Below, one piece after another: positions 1 through 25,300 of a DNA stretch of 55,682 nucleotides. This DNA comes from Priapulus caudatus. Lineage: Eukaryota. Where the stretch lies: assembly GCF_000485595.1 (NCBI RefSeq), contig NW_014577089.1, forward strand, positions 450,868 to 506,549, read 5' to 3'. How positions within the stretch are numbered: the stretch's first letter is position 1; each line of letters opens with the position of its first letter. The notes beneath the pieces were generated by a model. It did not search any database and was not told where the DNA came from. It saw only the letters and a list, made by a program, of their open reading frames with translations. The position numbers were made by a program, and so were the translations under genes.

Positions 1-2
1 AC

Positions 3-4
<2 letters not shown>

Positions 5-82
<78 letters not shown>
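5..82. repeat. (CA)n microsatellite
   Basis: Perfect CA run ~200 bp upstream of the DLAT ATG. Confidence 0.95.
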
Positions 83-86
<4 letters not shown>

Positions 87-285
87 CGATAGCGCGATGT
101 GAAACGTAAAGCTACACACTTTGTTAAGCGGAATATTGGTATGTGAGGGCGGACGTATTTATGCCACATTGGTGGGAGAGTGAAAATTTGTTATTTACCG
201 GTGACCTCTAGTTTCTAAATTTTGTGAAGAATTTTGTCTATGTCGTGAATTTTGGCCTCTTGGCCGAAGGAATAACTAGGCAACA

Positions 286-12367
<12,082 letters not shown>

Positions 12368-13431
12368 CATTATGCCGGGTCTCCTACTGCTGATGCACAA
12401 CGATGTGCAGGATGAGCTGAACACAGATTGTCTCCTCTATCCCGGTGTGTTCCCAACGAGGTTCATCGCCAAAGAGTATGATTTGGACATGTTCCCTTTC
12501 ATGGTATGTGTCGATAATAGCTTCGAATTTGGCTTGCTTTTGCTATATGTTGTCACTAGTCTGTAAATATCCAGATAGTTCTGTTATTGGTTTCGGATGA
12601 ATTCCATTTGTGTAGGCTTGAATAGGGGTTTGCCTTAGGTACATCATTGTAATAACAGACATCGCTTATGTTAACTAGCTTCTTCTATCGTTAGACCGGT
12701 GGTGCAGCTTGTTTATAAGGGTTTGTAAACAAAAAGTGTAGACAAGCTTTTTGTATTTTTGGCAGTACTGAAATGGTTTTTGTTATCTAAAAGAATGCTA
12801 GGTGATAACTTTGTTTATCGTAAATAAATTGGACTTGAATAGTCGGCTAATAGTGAGAAGACATCCAGAGGAATCTCATCAGATGAAACAAGGTGTTAGC
12901 ATTCACTCTTGCAACTGTAGATGATCAGTTAATCCAATATAGTCACTACCAACAAAATATACAGATGTATCACACTATCAATTACACTTTATCAATATAG
13001 CTGGTGTGGGTATTAGACGCTTTTGTGACATATTTTGTGCATAATTAATTTTATAGGCATGAATTTCACAATATGACAACCTTTGGCTCATAAAAGGCAC
13101 ATAATTACGTGAATAGAGATCCGGATTAGTTGTGGAATCAACATCATCTGTTTTAATTGCTTATCAACAACAAAATAAAAACAAACAACAAATATGGAAA
13201 GCATTTGGTGTTGAATATGAGGTGTGCTTGAATTGTTTCCGACTTTAATCCTGTGTGTATTCACTATTAAGATCAAAGAGACTTGCACTTTTCGGAGTAT
13301 GTTCAGGATCTATAAAAAGATGCTAGTAGATAGCCATATCATCGCAGCTATTTGGATTGTAGAATATATGATGTTAATTGTACTATAGTTAGAGCACTGC
13401 TGTTATTACATCTATAGTTTTAAACTAGACC

Positions 13432-13437
13432 AATAAA
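13432..13437 (+). promoter_or_regulatory. Candidate DLAT polyadenylation signal (AATAAA)
   Basis: AATAAA ~1.07 kb after the stop with GT/T-rich sequence downstream; other AATAAA hexamers occur earlier in the UTR. Confidence 0.4.
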
Positions 13438-15257
13438 AAGAGGTAACCCATCACATAGTTACGTGTTTTCATTATGTTTGCCATTCATGTTACAAAATTA
13501 TAATGATAAAGGTTAGGAAGTCTAAACTGTCATAGATATGCTTACAGCAGAATCTGCATCACAAAACAGGAATTGTTTCATCACTAAAATGCGAGGAAAT
13601 GTGAGTATAAATCCACATGCAATTACTCTCACAATATATAGAAGATTTCAACTGTGGTATATATTATTGCACGTGCATGGTTTTCATTTTCTAGATTTAT
13701 GATATACCCTGCCATAGTGGATATATAATCGTGTGATCAAGTATAGAAAACTTGGCTTATTCTACATTTGTACAGAAATTGCTTGTGGCAGATACAGAAG
13801 CAAGATAAATGGTGTTTATTACAAATAATCATTCATAAAATATACCATGAAATTTCCAAATCCGAAAGCATAATAATTCGATTTATTATTGCAAGTTTTA
13901 CTAGCAATGCAAGTAGGCATCACAGCTATTAAACATGAAACTCATTGACTTGCTTGTCATATCTGGGAAGTGGTTACACAAGAACCATAGGTTCACAGCC
14001 ATCCAAACTGTCGTGGTTAAGAATAGTTTGAAAAACGCCTGCGCGATTTATTCTCACATGATGTCTATGAAACTGGTGATGTTATTTATACAAAGAAGGA
14101 TATGGAGTATGTTTCGACAGCTGGGAACCTTAGACCTTTCAAGTCAGTAACTACGAAAATTGCTGTCGATATATATTCAGATATTCAGCACTTTCGGTAC
14201 ACATACAAAAACACCTTAGATAACATCAAGAGCTAATAATACCTAGTATTAGTAATAATAATACCTGGTATTATTAGCTCTTGATAACATACAGGGTCGA
14301 ACAATGATTATACGTGCTTTGGATACAAGCAGAGTTTCGATTTCACAGCGAACCTATGAAATAGTATTGAAATAGATTGTTATTACAATATTTCTTATTT
14401 TTAGAAATGAAACGGCTCACATAAGATAAAATAATGAAAATTACAACTAACAGAAAATAACCAGTATTGTGTCGAATGAAAAGTTGTTCAAGGCTATATA
14501 TGTGGCTATACATCTTGAGTATTACATTTAAGCCATTGATGACCTTATTCTTAATACGAGTTGAATATCATTTACGTGATGCAACTTTAAATTACCTTAT
14601 TTGTTAAACAAGCCAATGGTTTGTTGAACAATGATAATTTCTCTATAAATGTTAACATGTAAAACTACGGCAAAATTACAAGCGCAAAACAGCATATCAC
14701 ATAGTAGGTAACACAATCAGGAGTCTATCAAGGACCAATCAGGGGGGGGGGACAATATTGATAGACTCATGACACAGTGTATATGAATGGAATGCATTTG
14801 TTATCTGAATTTAGTAGCATGTCAAACGCAAGTAATTCGTCTTAAACACGCTTCTAGTAACGAGAATGAGATTTCCTCTGCAAAACATAACCAGAAAATG
14901 GCCAGTTGTTCCGGTTTACGTCTACATTACTGAAAGCAGCAGTTTTCTGCTTTCATGATCTTGTTATATTATCTACAGGGTTATCAAATACAATATACAT
15001 ATATTAGAAAATTATATGGCCAAACCTTCGCCATCTGCAGCTTATGATTGCATATGTAATTTTAGGTAATCTATCTCCATTTAAATAATGCTCTTCACAA
15101 TGGGCGTGGAACCTTCCACAAATTCACATATAAAACTGTACAGTAAATGAGTATGTAAATAATCATCACACGCTAGAGCTTACTGTATCACAACTTTCTT
15201 CATTTGTTACACAATGACCATCGCACACATTTTCTTATCAGGGGCTTGTTTTGCCGA

Positions 15258-18200
15258 TCATTTCTGTGTAAAAACCACACTTCCACTTGCCGCCAAGATA
15301 CTTGACTGCTGGGAAAGAACAGATTGCGTGGACTGAGCTACCGGTTTAACGAGCTTGCCCTGCTGCGACTGTAGCACCACAAGCTCCTGTGTGTTGGTCG
15401 CATTCGCACGCATTTCACCTGCTCCGGTATGCTGCAGCAGCGAGGTTTGTCTAACGACATTTCCATCAGATACCACCAGGTCTCTGCTTAGGTTCAGTAC
15501 GAGGGGTTTGCCGTCCTGCCCAGCTGTGGAGACTGCTGGTCGCACCGTAGTGGTTCTAGAAGATTCAACGTTCACACTACGGGTGGAAGTAACAGATTGG
15601 CCGGGAATGCCAAACGTAATGACGCCATCGACGATTGACGAGTTGCGAATCTGACCTACCCCCCCTGTGGCTGCCCTGGGGACCAGCAGCGGACGCTGGA
15701 CGGTGGCCGACGCAAAACCAAATCTTGGCACTATGGTTCCTGGTGGCAGGATTATCCTCACTGGTCCCCTCAGTGATACGTTCATGCCAGGTGCCACCAC
15801 TGCACTTTTGCCTGCTGAGACTGGCTGTTGCACAACTGCAGTGGACTGCATGTCCTTGACAGCAGGCAGGGGGGCAGAATTCTTCATGGTTACTAGCTGA
15901 CCACTGGGTAACCTCATTCCTTGAATCACCTGCCGTGCACTTTTGGCCGACTGACCCCTGACCTGCACTGTCATTGGTTGCTGAGCTACAGTGCCAATGG
16001 ATGCCACACGTGGCATGACTACAGCTGTTGTGGTCGAGGGAACAATATTGCTAGCAGTACTTCCTGACGATGGCATTGCAACAGACGAACTAACTATGCT
16101 GCCCAGTTGACTAGTTACTACTTGACCACCAGGTAAACTGTAAAACTGTGGCAGACCAAAAGCATGAGAAGCTTTGGTTGGTCTCACCACGCTGACGTGG
16201 GAAGGTGAGCTGACATGCATACTAGGTACAATTTTCAAGGGCGACGTAGACATTATTGGCGTGCTGACAGGCTTTGGTGCCAGTGGTACTTGTTTGTTAA
16301 CATGATAAGATGGTGCTGATACTGGCTGCATGCCATTCGATGCAATATGCACACTATTCGATTTCACAGAACTGTGTTCAAGATGATGTCTAGACAAAGT
16401 ACCAGCAACTGGTTCTGCTTTAACATTTACTCCGTCGTTTACACCTGCTTCTCCCAGTTCAGCTGCAAACTGTGTGTGAGCATTAACTACCTTCCTACCA
16501 AGTTCCCCGATTTCCATCTTTATGTCACTTTCGTGTTTAAATTTTTTATCGTCACCATCACGATTAATACCCCTGGATTGATCTATTATATTCGCCGAAA
16601 TCGAACGTTTATCTGTAACAGCTATGGTTTGCTCGAGCTTGTACACTTTGGTAGCACCGGGCCCAATTATACAGTTTTGTTTGTGCAGGCCAACAATGTT
16701 CACATTCTCCACATCAGATTTGTCAGGATTTTGGGTTTCCCTTACATCTCTATGAAAGGCACTTCTCTTCTCTTTCAATTGTAGACCCTTTCCCACCTTG
16801 CTTTGTTCTACTTCAGATTTTAACGGACTGATTCGGGTTGACAAAGTTGGCATTGGCTTTGATTGGAAACTCTTACTTAGGTAAGGTATTTTTTGACTAG
16901 CAGGTAATACAGATGTTCTTAGCTGTGCAGATGAAATTAAACCACTCGTATTGAGGGCACTACCCTGCACCAGTGTCTTTGCATTATGAACTGAAGTAGC
17001 AGGCACAACACGGACCACATACATTTTGCCGTCAGGTGAAGGCTGAAGCACTGTGACCACGTTAGATTTTGCCTGACCAGTACTGTTCGTATCAGCGCTT
17101 GCCTGACTTGTGAATGCTAGTGTTTGTTGTGTGTGACCTGCTTCAATTGGCTTTTGGCATATCTGCTTGAGAGTGGGGGAGGAGACATGCACATCTGGAG
17201 CAGCTGCTGCTGCAGTTGTCTCACATGGACGATCTTCAAGCAAGACATCACCGGTTTTCCTGCTGACGGATGTTCTCTGCCCAGCTGGTGAATGCGCACT
17301 ATTCAGCGATGGCGACATGTGTGACGTGGACGAGGACGCTTGCATTGCGTATCCCAACGTCGTCTTATTCTTCCACGATGTGTTCACAGCATCCGCACAA
17401 CCCGATGTCGCAATATTTGGACTCTGCCTACAATCTGGATTCACGTCTGCTGCAGCATCCCGTAAAGTATTAGCATACGTTGGTGCACACGTTCTTAGAA
17501 CATTCACTATACTACCACCCTGCACACCAGCACTCTCCAATGTCTTCATGCCACCTTGTCCGACTTTCGCATCTGCTGTTGCACACCCCATAACAGCTTG
17601 GGGAGCAGGCATAGGAGCAGAGGGAACAGTCGAGCTGTCAGAGATGCTTGACACACATCCAACCAAGGTCTGTATAATTGGAGAGGTAACGTTCGGAGCT
17701 GCGCGTGCGCCCGGTACCATTGCAGAACTTGCTGTATGAGCAGGTACAGTTTTTCTAACAATACCCACATCCCGACTGTTGCAAATGTACAATTTATCAG
17801 CTGCTACAGTGGCAGCACGTGGCCCACGACTGGTAGCAGAATCTACTTGCCCAAAGCATATCTTGTGCAAGGACCCTTTGGGGTTTATGACAGGTGAGGT
17901 TTTGACTACAGTTGCCACACTTTGTTTGCTACCATGAGAGATTCCACTCGCTGCGTGAGTACTCTCATATCCAATCACCTTGTTTGCACCAATTGTGGTA
18001 GCATTGCCTGCAAGTATCACCCTTGATGATGCTACATTGGCACCTTGAACAATGACACTCCCTGGCATGTTGACGTTACTTGAAACAACTTTAGTCACGG
18101 CTGCAACAGGTGACCCTAGCGTTACCTGTGTTAAAGCTTTCTTAATGACACGCGTGCTAGCTCCAGACACTACAGCAGTGGCAGAAAGTGGCGGAAAAGA

Positions 18201-19334
18201 AGTGTCTGCCTGATTGCACTTAGCAGCAGCATCTTGTAGTATCGGTGAGACTCCTGCCACGACAGTATTCACACTTGAAACAACAGGTAGTGTAGGCTGG
18301 TTAGAGATGACAGCTTGCTGGCTAGCAGTATTCACATTGATATTAGCTGGTGGTGACTTGTGCAGCAGCTGTGAGCCAACCTCAGCAAGCACCACTTTGC
18401 CACCGATGTACACTGGCACATACACCTTCCCAAGAGGAGGTCTCATTGTTTGCATCACTTGCCTGGAAGGCAACTGCGGTGTAGCAGGGGAGACCAGAGT
18501 TGCGGCGACAGGCTTGGATTGTGTCTTAATGTTTTGATACATGGCCAGCGGAACACTGCCGACAACATGCACGTCACTCCTGCCACTGTCTACAGTACGT
18601 AGTGATGACAAAGGAATTGACCCAGCTATACCACTGCCATGAACAAGCACCTGTATTGCCTTCTGCTCTTGCGTTTTGCCTGAAGGTGACACTGGTCGTG
18701 CGTCAGTGGTTTTTACTGCCAAGTTCGGACGCTGTATTAATGTCCGTACAAGCGATGGCTGCACTTGCACGTTCCTTGCCATTAATGGTACTGTACGCAC
18801 TGCTGTGGAATCACCCTGTGCAATAACATCGCCTGCTTTCGGGAAGCATACAGCATTTGTTAACTTAGAATTTGTGTTCATGACACCTTTTGCGGTTACA
18901 CGATCTACACCTTTTCTCTTGACTGTACCAGCATCTTCCTCACCAAGGCTAGTGTGTGCTTGTTTTTTCTTTTTAGATGAGTCATCATTGTCAGCTTCAT
19001 CCAGCAACAGCTTGCGTTTGCGCACGCGGCCTTGAGTGCTCGTGACCAGTTGGTCGTTGGACATTTTGCCACCACGTTTACCCCGAAGGTGTCTTTTCCG
19101 TGTACTATCTGCCACCATTGTGAACTTGTCCAGCTTTAATGTGTGATCGTTGTCAACCTTCGCTTCTCCTTCTACCTCTGTCTTGATCGCGAGATTATTT
19201 CCACAAGGATCTGCAGGATTTTTCACCTCTACTTCCTCTGCATTCTCTTCATCATTGCCATTCTCAGTGACAGCAGAGTCGGACACACATCCCTCATTCT
19301 CTAGTTCTTCCTCCTCACTCGACCACACACTTTT
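15258..19334 (-). CDS. BRD10: KIAA2026/BRD10 terminal exon (4077 nt; low-complexity S/T/V/P/Q-rich)
   Basis: 1359 uninterrupted codons; ttgcag|AAAAGT acceptor in phase 0 with the upstream exon; basic NLS-like patches RKRHLRGKRGG and SKKKKQ. Confidence 0.9.
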   Translation of the reverse strand, partial: KSVWSSEEEELENEGCVSDSAVTENGNDEENAEEVEVKNPADPCGNNLAIKTEVEGEAKVDNDHTLKLDKFTMVADSTRKRHLRGKRGGKMSNDQLVTSTQGRVRKRKLLLDEADNDDSSKKKKQAHTSLGEEDAGTVKRKGVDRVTAKGVMNTNSKLTNAVCFPKAGDVIAQGDSTAVRTVPLMARNVQVQPSLVRTLIQRPNLAVKTTDARPVSPSGKTQEQKAIQVLVHGSGIAGSIPLSSLRTVDSGRSDVHVVGSVPLAMYQNIKTQSKPVAATLVSPATPQLPSRQVMQTMRPPLGKVYVPVYIGGKVVLAEVGSQLLHKSPPANINVNTASQQAVISNQPTLPVVSSVNTVVAGVSPILQDAAAKCNQADTSFPPLSATAVVSGASTRVIKKALTQVTLGSPVAAVTKVVSSNVNMPGSVIVQGANVASSRVILAGNATTIGANKVIGYESTHAASGISHGSKQSVATVVKTSPVINPKGSLHKICFGQVDSATSRGPRAATVAADKLYICNSRDVGIVRKTVPAHTASSAMVPGARAAPNVTSPIIQTLVGCVSSISDSSTVPSAPMPAPQAVMGCATADAKVGQGGMKTLESAGVQGGSIVNVLRTCAPTYANTLRDAAADVNPDCRQSPNIATSGCADAVNTSWKNKTTLGYAMQASSSTSHMSPSLNSAHSPAGQRTSVSRKTGDVLLEDRPCETTAAAAAPDVHVSSPTLKQICQKPIEAGHTQQTLAFTSQASADTNSTGQAKSNVVTVLQPSPDGKMYVVRVVPATSVHNAKTLVQGSALNTSGLISSAQLRTSVLPASQKIPYLSKSFQSKPMPTLSTRISPLKSEVEQSKVGKGLQLKEKRSAFHRDVRETQNPDKSDVENVNIVGLHKQNCIIGPGATKVYKLEQTIAVTDKRSISANIIDQSRGINRDGDDKKFKHESDIKMEIGELGRKVVNAHTQFAAELGEAGVNDGVNVKAEPVAGTLSRHHLEHSSVKSNSVHIASNGMQPVSAPSYHVNKQVPLAPKPVSTPIMSTSPLKIVPSMHVSSPSHVSVVRPTKASHAFGLPQFYSLPGGQVVTSQLGSIVSSSVAMPSSGSTASNIVPSTTTAVVMPRVASIGTVAQQPMTVQVRGQSAKSARQVIQGMRLPSGQLVTMKNSAPLPAVKDMQSTAVVQQPVSAGKSAVVAPGMNVSLRGPVRIILPPGTIVPRFGFASATVQRPLLVPRAATGGVGQIRNSSIVDGVITFGIPGQSVTSTRSVNVESSRTTTVRPAVSTAGQDGKPLVLNLSRDLVVSDGNVVRQTSLLQHTGAGEMRANATNTQELVVLQSQQGKLVKPVAQSTQSVLSQQSSILAASGSVVFTQK

Positions 19335-22300
19335 CTGCAATAGAATCAACACAAGTTATTTATCAGTGCAAAATTTTAGAACATGGGGTGTGCAACCTTT
19401 TCTCAATGTAGCCACAGATGTGCTACACAACAATGATTACACAGTTATATCGAACTTTACATTATAACAATCACTCTAGACAGTAGAATAGTGACAGTAA
19501 GAACTGGCTAAGCGTAATTACTCTGTGTTAGCAAATGACATAACTTTTTAGGATTTTATGCAACCTTTTCCAGTGCATCTGGCATGTCTGGCAGGTGAGT
19601 CAGATATGACAATTATTGTACTAGACATAAACGAAGTAGAACCTGAGCTATGTTTAACCTGCAATCATTCAAAACAGACTAATGGAACAGGAAAAGCTTC
19701 AAGCAAAAATTACTGCCCAATATAGGGGGGGTGCTTGGATTGCACAGAACACACAATCACCAGCACGAGTAGATAATAATCGGTCGCGAAGAGATTCGTG
19801 TCTGTAGATCTGTAGCTACTACGTACCTCTTCCTCGTGGTGATTAATCTTCATCTGCAACACATCATACTCCTTTCTAAGCTTCGCGCGCGCTCTGCGGG
19901 CAGCGTGCGCTAGCTTGCCCTCCCAGGGTCCCAGCTCTGTGAGCATGTTGCACAGTCGCTTATGTAGCTCCACTACACACTGCTGTCTCGGTGGAGGCTG
20001 CACTACCTACAAGAAATACAAAATGTGTATAATCATAGAGATGCAAGATATATGGAATCATCGTAAGTAGTTGCTACATAATTTTATCATTTTACATATA
20101 ACTACCATGTTTTTGTTGCAGTTGTTTGGTCATTACTACAATGAATAATTGCATTAAAACGCATTTTATACTATTATTATGCATATACTATGTTTAAAAA
20201 CTGAATCCATGTTAAATGCTATTGCTGATAATTTAATGATATTAAACAACGTTGTCTGTAGAAAATGATACCCTTATATTATATCTACGGTTGCAAGTTT
20301 CTAACAGAATACAAATTTCAATACCTTTTTTGCACGCCCTTTCTTTACAGTAGTTGGTTGCTTCTCTCGAAATTTCACCTCCAGTTCTCTGAGGTCCTCC
20401 ATGCTGTCAGCAACCATTACAAACTCAGCCTCCTCAAGGGATGTTGGCGGTTCATACCGTTTCAGACGAGTGTATCTGTGCTTACTCGTGCATATTAGAC
20501 TTTCCGTACCACATCCCGCTTCAGGCACGCAACAGGCGATGAAGTGTGGCCACATGCAACCGCGTTTCTTGCTGCTCGTTCTTCCAGCATCCGCGCACAG
20601 TGCGATGTGCTCGACCATGTCTGCCAGCAGGCTGCGCACTCCCCTCATCATGTCGTGTGACGCATCATCGTTCACTGCCGTAATGTAGTCTGACTTGCAA
20701 TTTTTCACTACTGCCATCGTGTCGTGTGCCGTGCGACCGTTCACTGCCATCGTGTCGTGCAACGCATTATCATTCAATGTCGTCGCGTCCTGTGACGTGC
20801 GGCCGCTCACCGCGATCGTTTTGTGCGACGCGCAATCGTTTATGGCCCTAGTGCCACGTGATACACGATCGTTCACTACTATTGTGTCATGTTTTGCGCG
20901 ATTGTTTAGCGCTGTCGTGTCATCGCCTTCATGTGACATCGCCTCGCTGCAATGCTTTAACTCACTGCTTAGATCTCGAACAGCTGTTCTCTTGTTAGTG
21001 TCAACGCCAACCTTCGTTTCCACGATATTGCAGCCGTTATCTTCGCAATCGCTCATGCTGTTGTCATCGCTCTCATTCTCGCCATCCTTCGACTTCTTAG
21101 CACACCGGCGTCTCGTGTACTTTCGCCGCCGCTTACCGAACGGACGCAGCTTCTTGGCCTTAATGCGTCCTGATTTAGTCAGAGTCTGCGACCTGCTGTT
21201 TCTGCCGCTCTGGTTTGGACTTTCCTCAGCTATTCTCAACGAGAGCACAGAGGAATGCTCACTTGTACAGCTGACCGAGTCTTCCCTGGCTGACTCGTAG
21301 TCTGACGTCACGTCATTACATTGTTCTGCTTGGTACACGACAACTGGCTTGATCTTCTGCAACATTGATGTTAAATGTCTTATATTTTGCTACTTCCACT
21401 TCTTAAATGTTATTGCTTAATAAATATTCCAATACTGTTCTTTTTCTATACTATTAAAGCTAAAATACTGATGAAATACCATAACTGTATTGCTATCACT
21501 CATAAATTCTTTATTCTGCAATAAAACACAAAGTAATTTACATTCTATTTATTTATATTTATTTCTACAATACGTGATTTCATACTACCACACATGCTGT
21601 ATATTTATACTGACTGTAAATATACGATACTTGTATGTGCTATACAGTCACTGCATAAATTGCAAGTACTGTGAAGAAGTAGAAATAATAACAAAATTAT
21701 ATTATGTGCACACTTAATCAGTGTTGTAGGCCAGCCTCGAGACCGTTTTCCTTGGTCTCGGTCTCGGTCTTGGCCTCCGAGTGCAATGACTCGGACTCGG
21801 ACTCAAGGACTCGGGTCGAGGCCGGCTCGAGGCCACTACATACATAGTACACAACTGTACATATTGTAACACGCAGTTTACAAGAATTTAAAACTAAAAC
21901 TCCTAGGTTTTCTAGATACACGGCCTAATCTTGTAACGTTTTCAATGGCTCGACGATCTGCAGCGGATATCTGCGCGAAGCGCTCAAACGCCACCTAGTG
22001 GCGCACTGACTCAACATCGCTGCCTTTTACCCAACGCAAGTATTCCGGTCCTTTCAGGAGAGCAGGGACCCCGGCTTTTCGCTCTCATCGGCAGTTCTGC
22101 GCATTGCACGAGGAATCGCACTACCCAGTTAGGTAGAGCCTGGCTAGAAANNNNNNNNNNNNNNNNNNNNNNNNNNNNNNNNNNNNNNNNNNNNNNNNNN
22201 NNNNNNNNNNNNNNNNNNNNNNNNNNNNNNNNNNNNNNNNNNNNNNNNNNNNNNNNNNNNNNNNNNNNNNNNNNNNNNNNNNNNNNNNNNNNNNNNNNNN

Positions 22301-25300
22301 NNNNNNNNNNNNNNNNNNNNNNNNNNNNNNNNNNNNNNNNNNNNNNNNNNNNNNNNNNNNNNNNNNNNNNNNNNNNNNNNNNNNNNNNNNNNNNNNNNNN
22401 NNNNNNNNNNNNNNNNNNNNNNNNNNNNNNNNNNNNNNNNNNNNNNNNNNNNNNNNNNNNNNNNNNNNNNNNNNNNNNNNNNNNNNNNNNNNNNNNNNNN
22501 NNNNNNNNNNNNNNNNNNNNNNNNNNNNNNNNNNNNNNNGAAGGAGAGGGAGAGGGGGAGGGCGAGGATGGGAGTAGGGGCTCTAATAGCAAAAGCAGTT
22601 CAGTCCTTTGCTAACAGTCAACAAATCCGTGTTTATCCCTCCTCTTGAGGGTCAAAAAGTTATTAGACACTTACTCTTCGCATGTCAGCGAAAAGCACAT
22701 TTCATGGTCCTTTCAATAAAGTGATAAAAATGGTAGGTCAGCGCTGAAACAAAAAAGTTTTGCACTCGGTCCGTTAGACCATGTCCTCAGAAAATGTCTG
22801 ATATCTGACCTTTCCCCCCTGCCCTTTGACCTGTGACCTCCAATTTCGCGCTGATGATGCGTTTCCTCCCCATCGCACTATACATCGAATATTAAGAGCG
22901 TAGGTCAAGCCGTTGAGATTTGTGCAACAATCCGTATTTCTTCCTATACCTTAAGTTAAGGGAGAAATATTCCACCTCCATTGACACATCTTGACCTTTG
23001 ACCCTTGACCCCCAAACTCGACATCCCGAGTTCGTTTCGCGATCCCCCCCGACGTCCCGAATAACAAGACCGTACGTCGAGCGGTTAAGATTTGTGCCAT
23101 AACTGTTGACACACGGACGGACGGACACACGGACGGACGGACGCACGCTCATGCGATTCTACAAGCTGCATCTGACTTCGTCAGCTGAGCTAAAAATGGT
23201 TAGACGTCAACTGTCATTAACTTTTTCATCAGCCGATACAGCGCCTGCTCAAATACTCGCTACTGCTGCTGCAGCCAAAACCTCTCATACCCAGTGAGAC
23301 ATAGATGAAGACTAACACCTGTCAGGTGAGTGAGGGAAAGGAGGACGAGAAAGAGGAGGATGTGCAGGGAGAAGGGGGCCGTTTACAAGTTCAAATTGCG
23401 TCTCTATGAGACCACAGCATTAATCATTCTCACATGCACCATCTTCTGGTGAAAATGTGAACTGACACCTAACACACCCTATTATTATAATGGCAACGGC
23501 AATCAAGTTACGAAAACAAAAGCAAACGACTGACCAGGCAATAATCGCAGAGAGACTTCACGATCCACACCCGCTCAATGTAGTTCAGCTCATGAAACTC
23601 CTGCTCTTCCAGTGGATCACACTCGCCTGAGTAGAATTAGTGACACACAGCGATTAGCCAATAGAAAATACACAAATACGGCATTGCTGTTTGAAACTGT
23701 CACAAAAATACCAGTAACATAGCCTGCCTAAATAAATAACCTTCGAGCTAGTCATAAGCATAATACAGAAACTATTCATGATGACACAGTACACACACTT
23801 TCGATTAAATTCCGTTGACCTTGCAATACATTTTTTATTCTTACCTAGGACGTCAAACAGTTTCGTGTCAAATCCAAACTTCGTGCACACCTTTTCTATG
23901 TCATAACCCTTTTCACACAACATTTTGTACCACTGTGCAACTCTCTTCTTTAGGCGTTTGGACCAGATTCGGTAAGGCATCGGTGGCTTCCTGTCCAGTC
24001 TATCAGGAAAATGAGGAAAAAACCAAACATGTGCGAATGCAGAATGAGAATTCCAATAACCCACTACCACTCTGTCTAACAAGATTGACAAGTAACTCGA
24101 TCCAATCATTATTGTGGCAGGATGTCTCAAAGCTAATGCTAGACAACTAATTCCGGCAAAATCGACAACACTTTAATGAATACGTGTGGAAAATACCTAC
24201 AAACTGGTTTAGCTTTACAGACCAAATATTCAATGAAGCATGATATCTCACTTAGCTGGATAGGTCAATTTTTACAATACATTAGTTCTTCTGACGCACT
24301 TAACCTTACCAACCTATATACATGACAGTGGTCATCGACTATTATTACAATGCAAATATAAGCATGCGTGATCCAAGCGCTGCAGCCACACATACTTTGG
24401 CCTCTGGGATGGTGAGCAAAGTAGCGTTGTCATAATCATGGCCAGCATACTGCTCTCTCTTGGCATGGCCAGGCAACGCTCCAACTCATATGTGTTTAGC
24501 AGGGGCATGTTTAGAGCCTCTTGGGTCAGATAGAAGAAATGACAGATCTGTGGAAGCTGAAATTTTAAACAGTCAATAAACATTGTTGGATTAATGATAA
24601 CAAGCATGACTATAATAGTACGCATACTTAATAACACAATAATATGCACTAGAGGTGTAAAGATACAATAGAGTCACGATGCAATATGTATCTTGATATG
24701 AAGGATACGACACAATACATATTACGATAGAGAGGTTATGATACGTTACGCATTGCGGTACACAGACAGAAAGCGAGATATTGTCCAGTCCTTGTGTTTT
24801 GGAAAAGGCAGGCGAGTAAAAAATCGCACACCTTGGCTCGCTGAGGTGTGTGATTTGCTTCGGAGTGCCCACAGCAAACTAGGGGGGTTCGGGGCATGCT
24901 CCCCCGGAAAAAAATTGAAAACTAGACTTCATGAAATGCCATTTCCAGCATTTTGGGATAAAAATTAGCTCTGCATTTGTACTCTTAATTTTGACATTTT
25001 TTAGGTGATTTTTTTTCATCTAACAAAATATCAGTTCTTGAACATGTGGATAACTTGAATCACACATTTAGCATGTTTAGTCAAAAAGGAACAACACTCA
25101 ATTTTTCAAAGCAGACTATTAAAACTTTATCTAACAAGTGCCGCAGAGCGACAGCGCTCATCTAACGTCTACTGCGGTGACTGTGGTGGAGTGGTGGGAT
25201 TCTAGTAAACCCTGTTAGCCCAAATGTGTTTCACATACACGCCGAAACAGTGGAATGCACAGAGGATGGTACAGGAACCTTCTCAAAAGAATGTTCGTTG

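Noticed and set aside
15258..19352. 1364-aa ORF as a standalone gene
   Set aside because: It begins at a non-ATG codon inside a splice acceptor and is in phase with upstream BRD10 exons.
21940..21990. ADIR-like peptide as the missing BRD10 GADVRIY exon
   Set aside because: In-frame stops lie on both sides and there is no HFPQF context.
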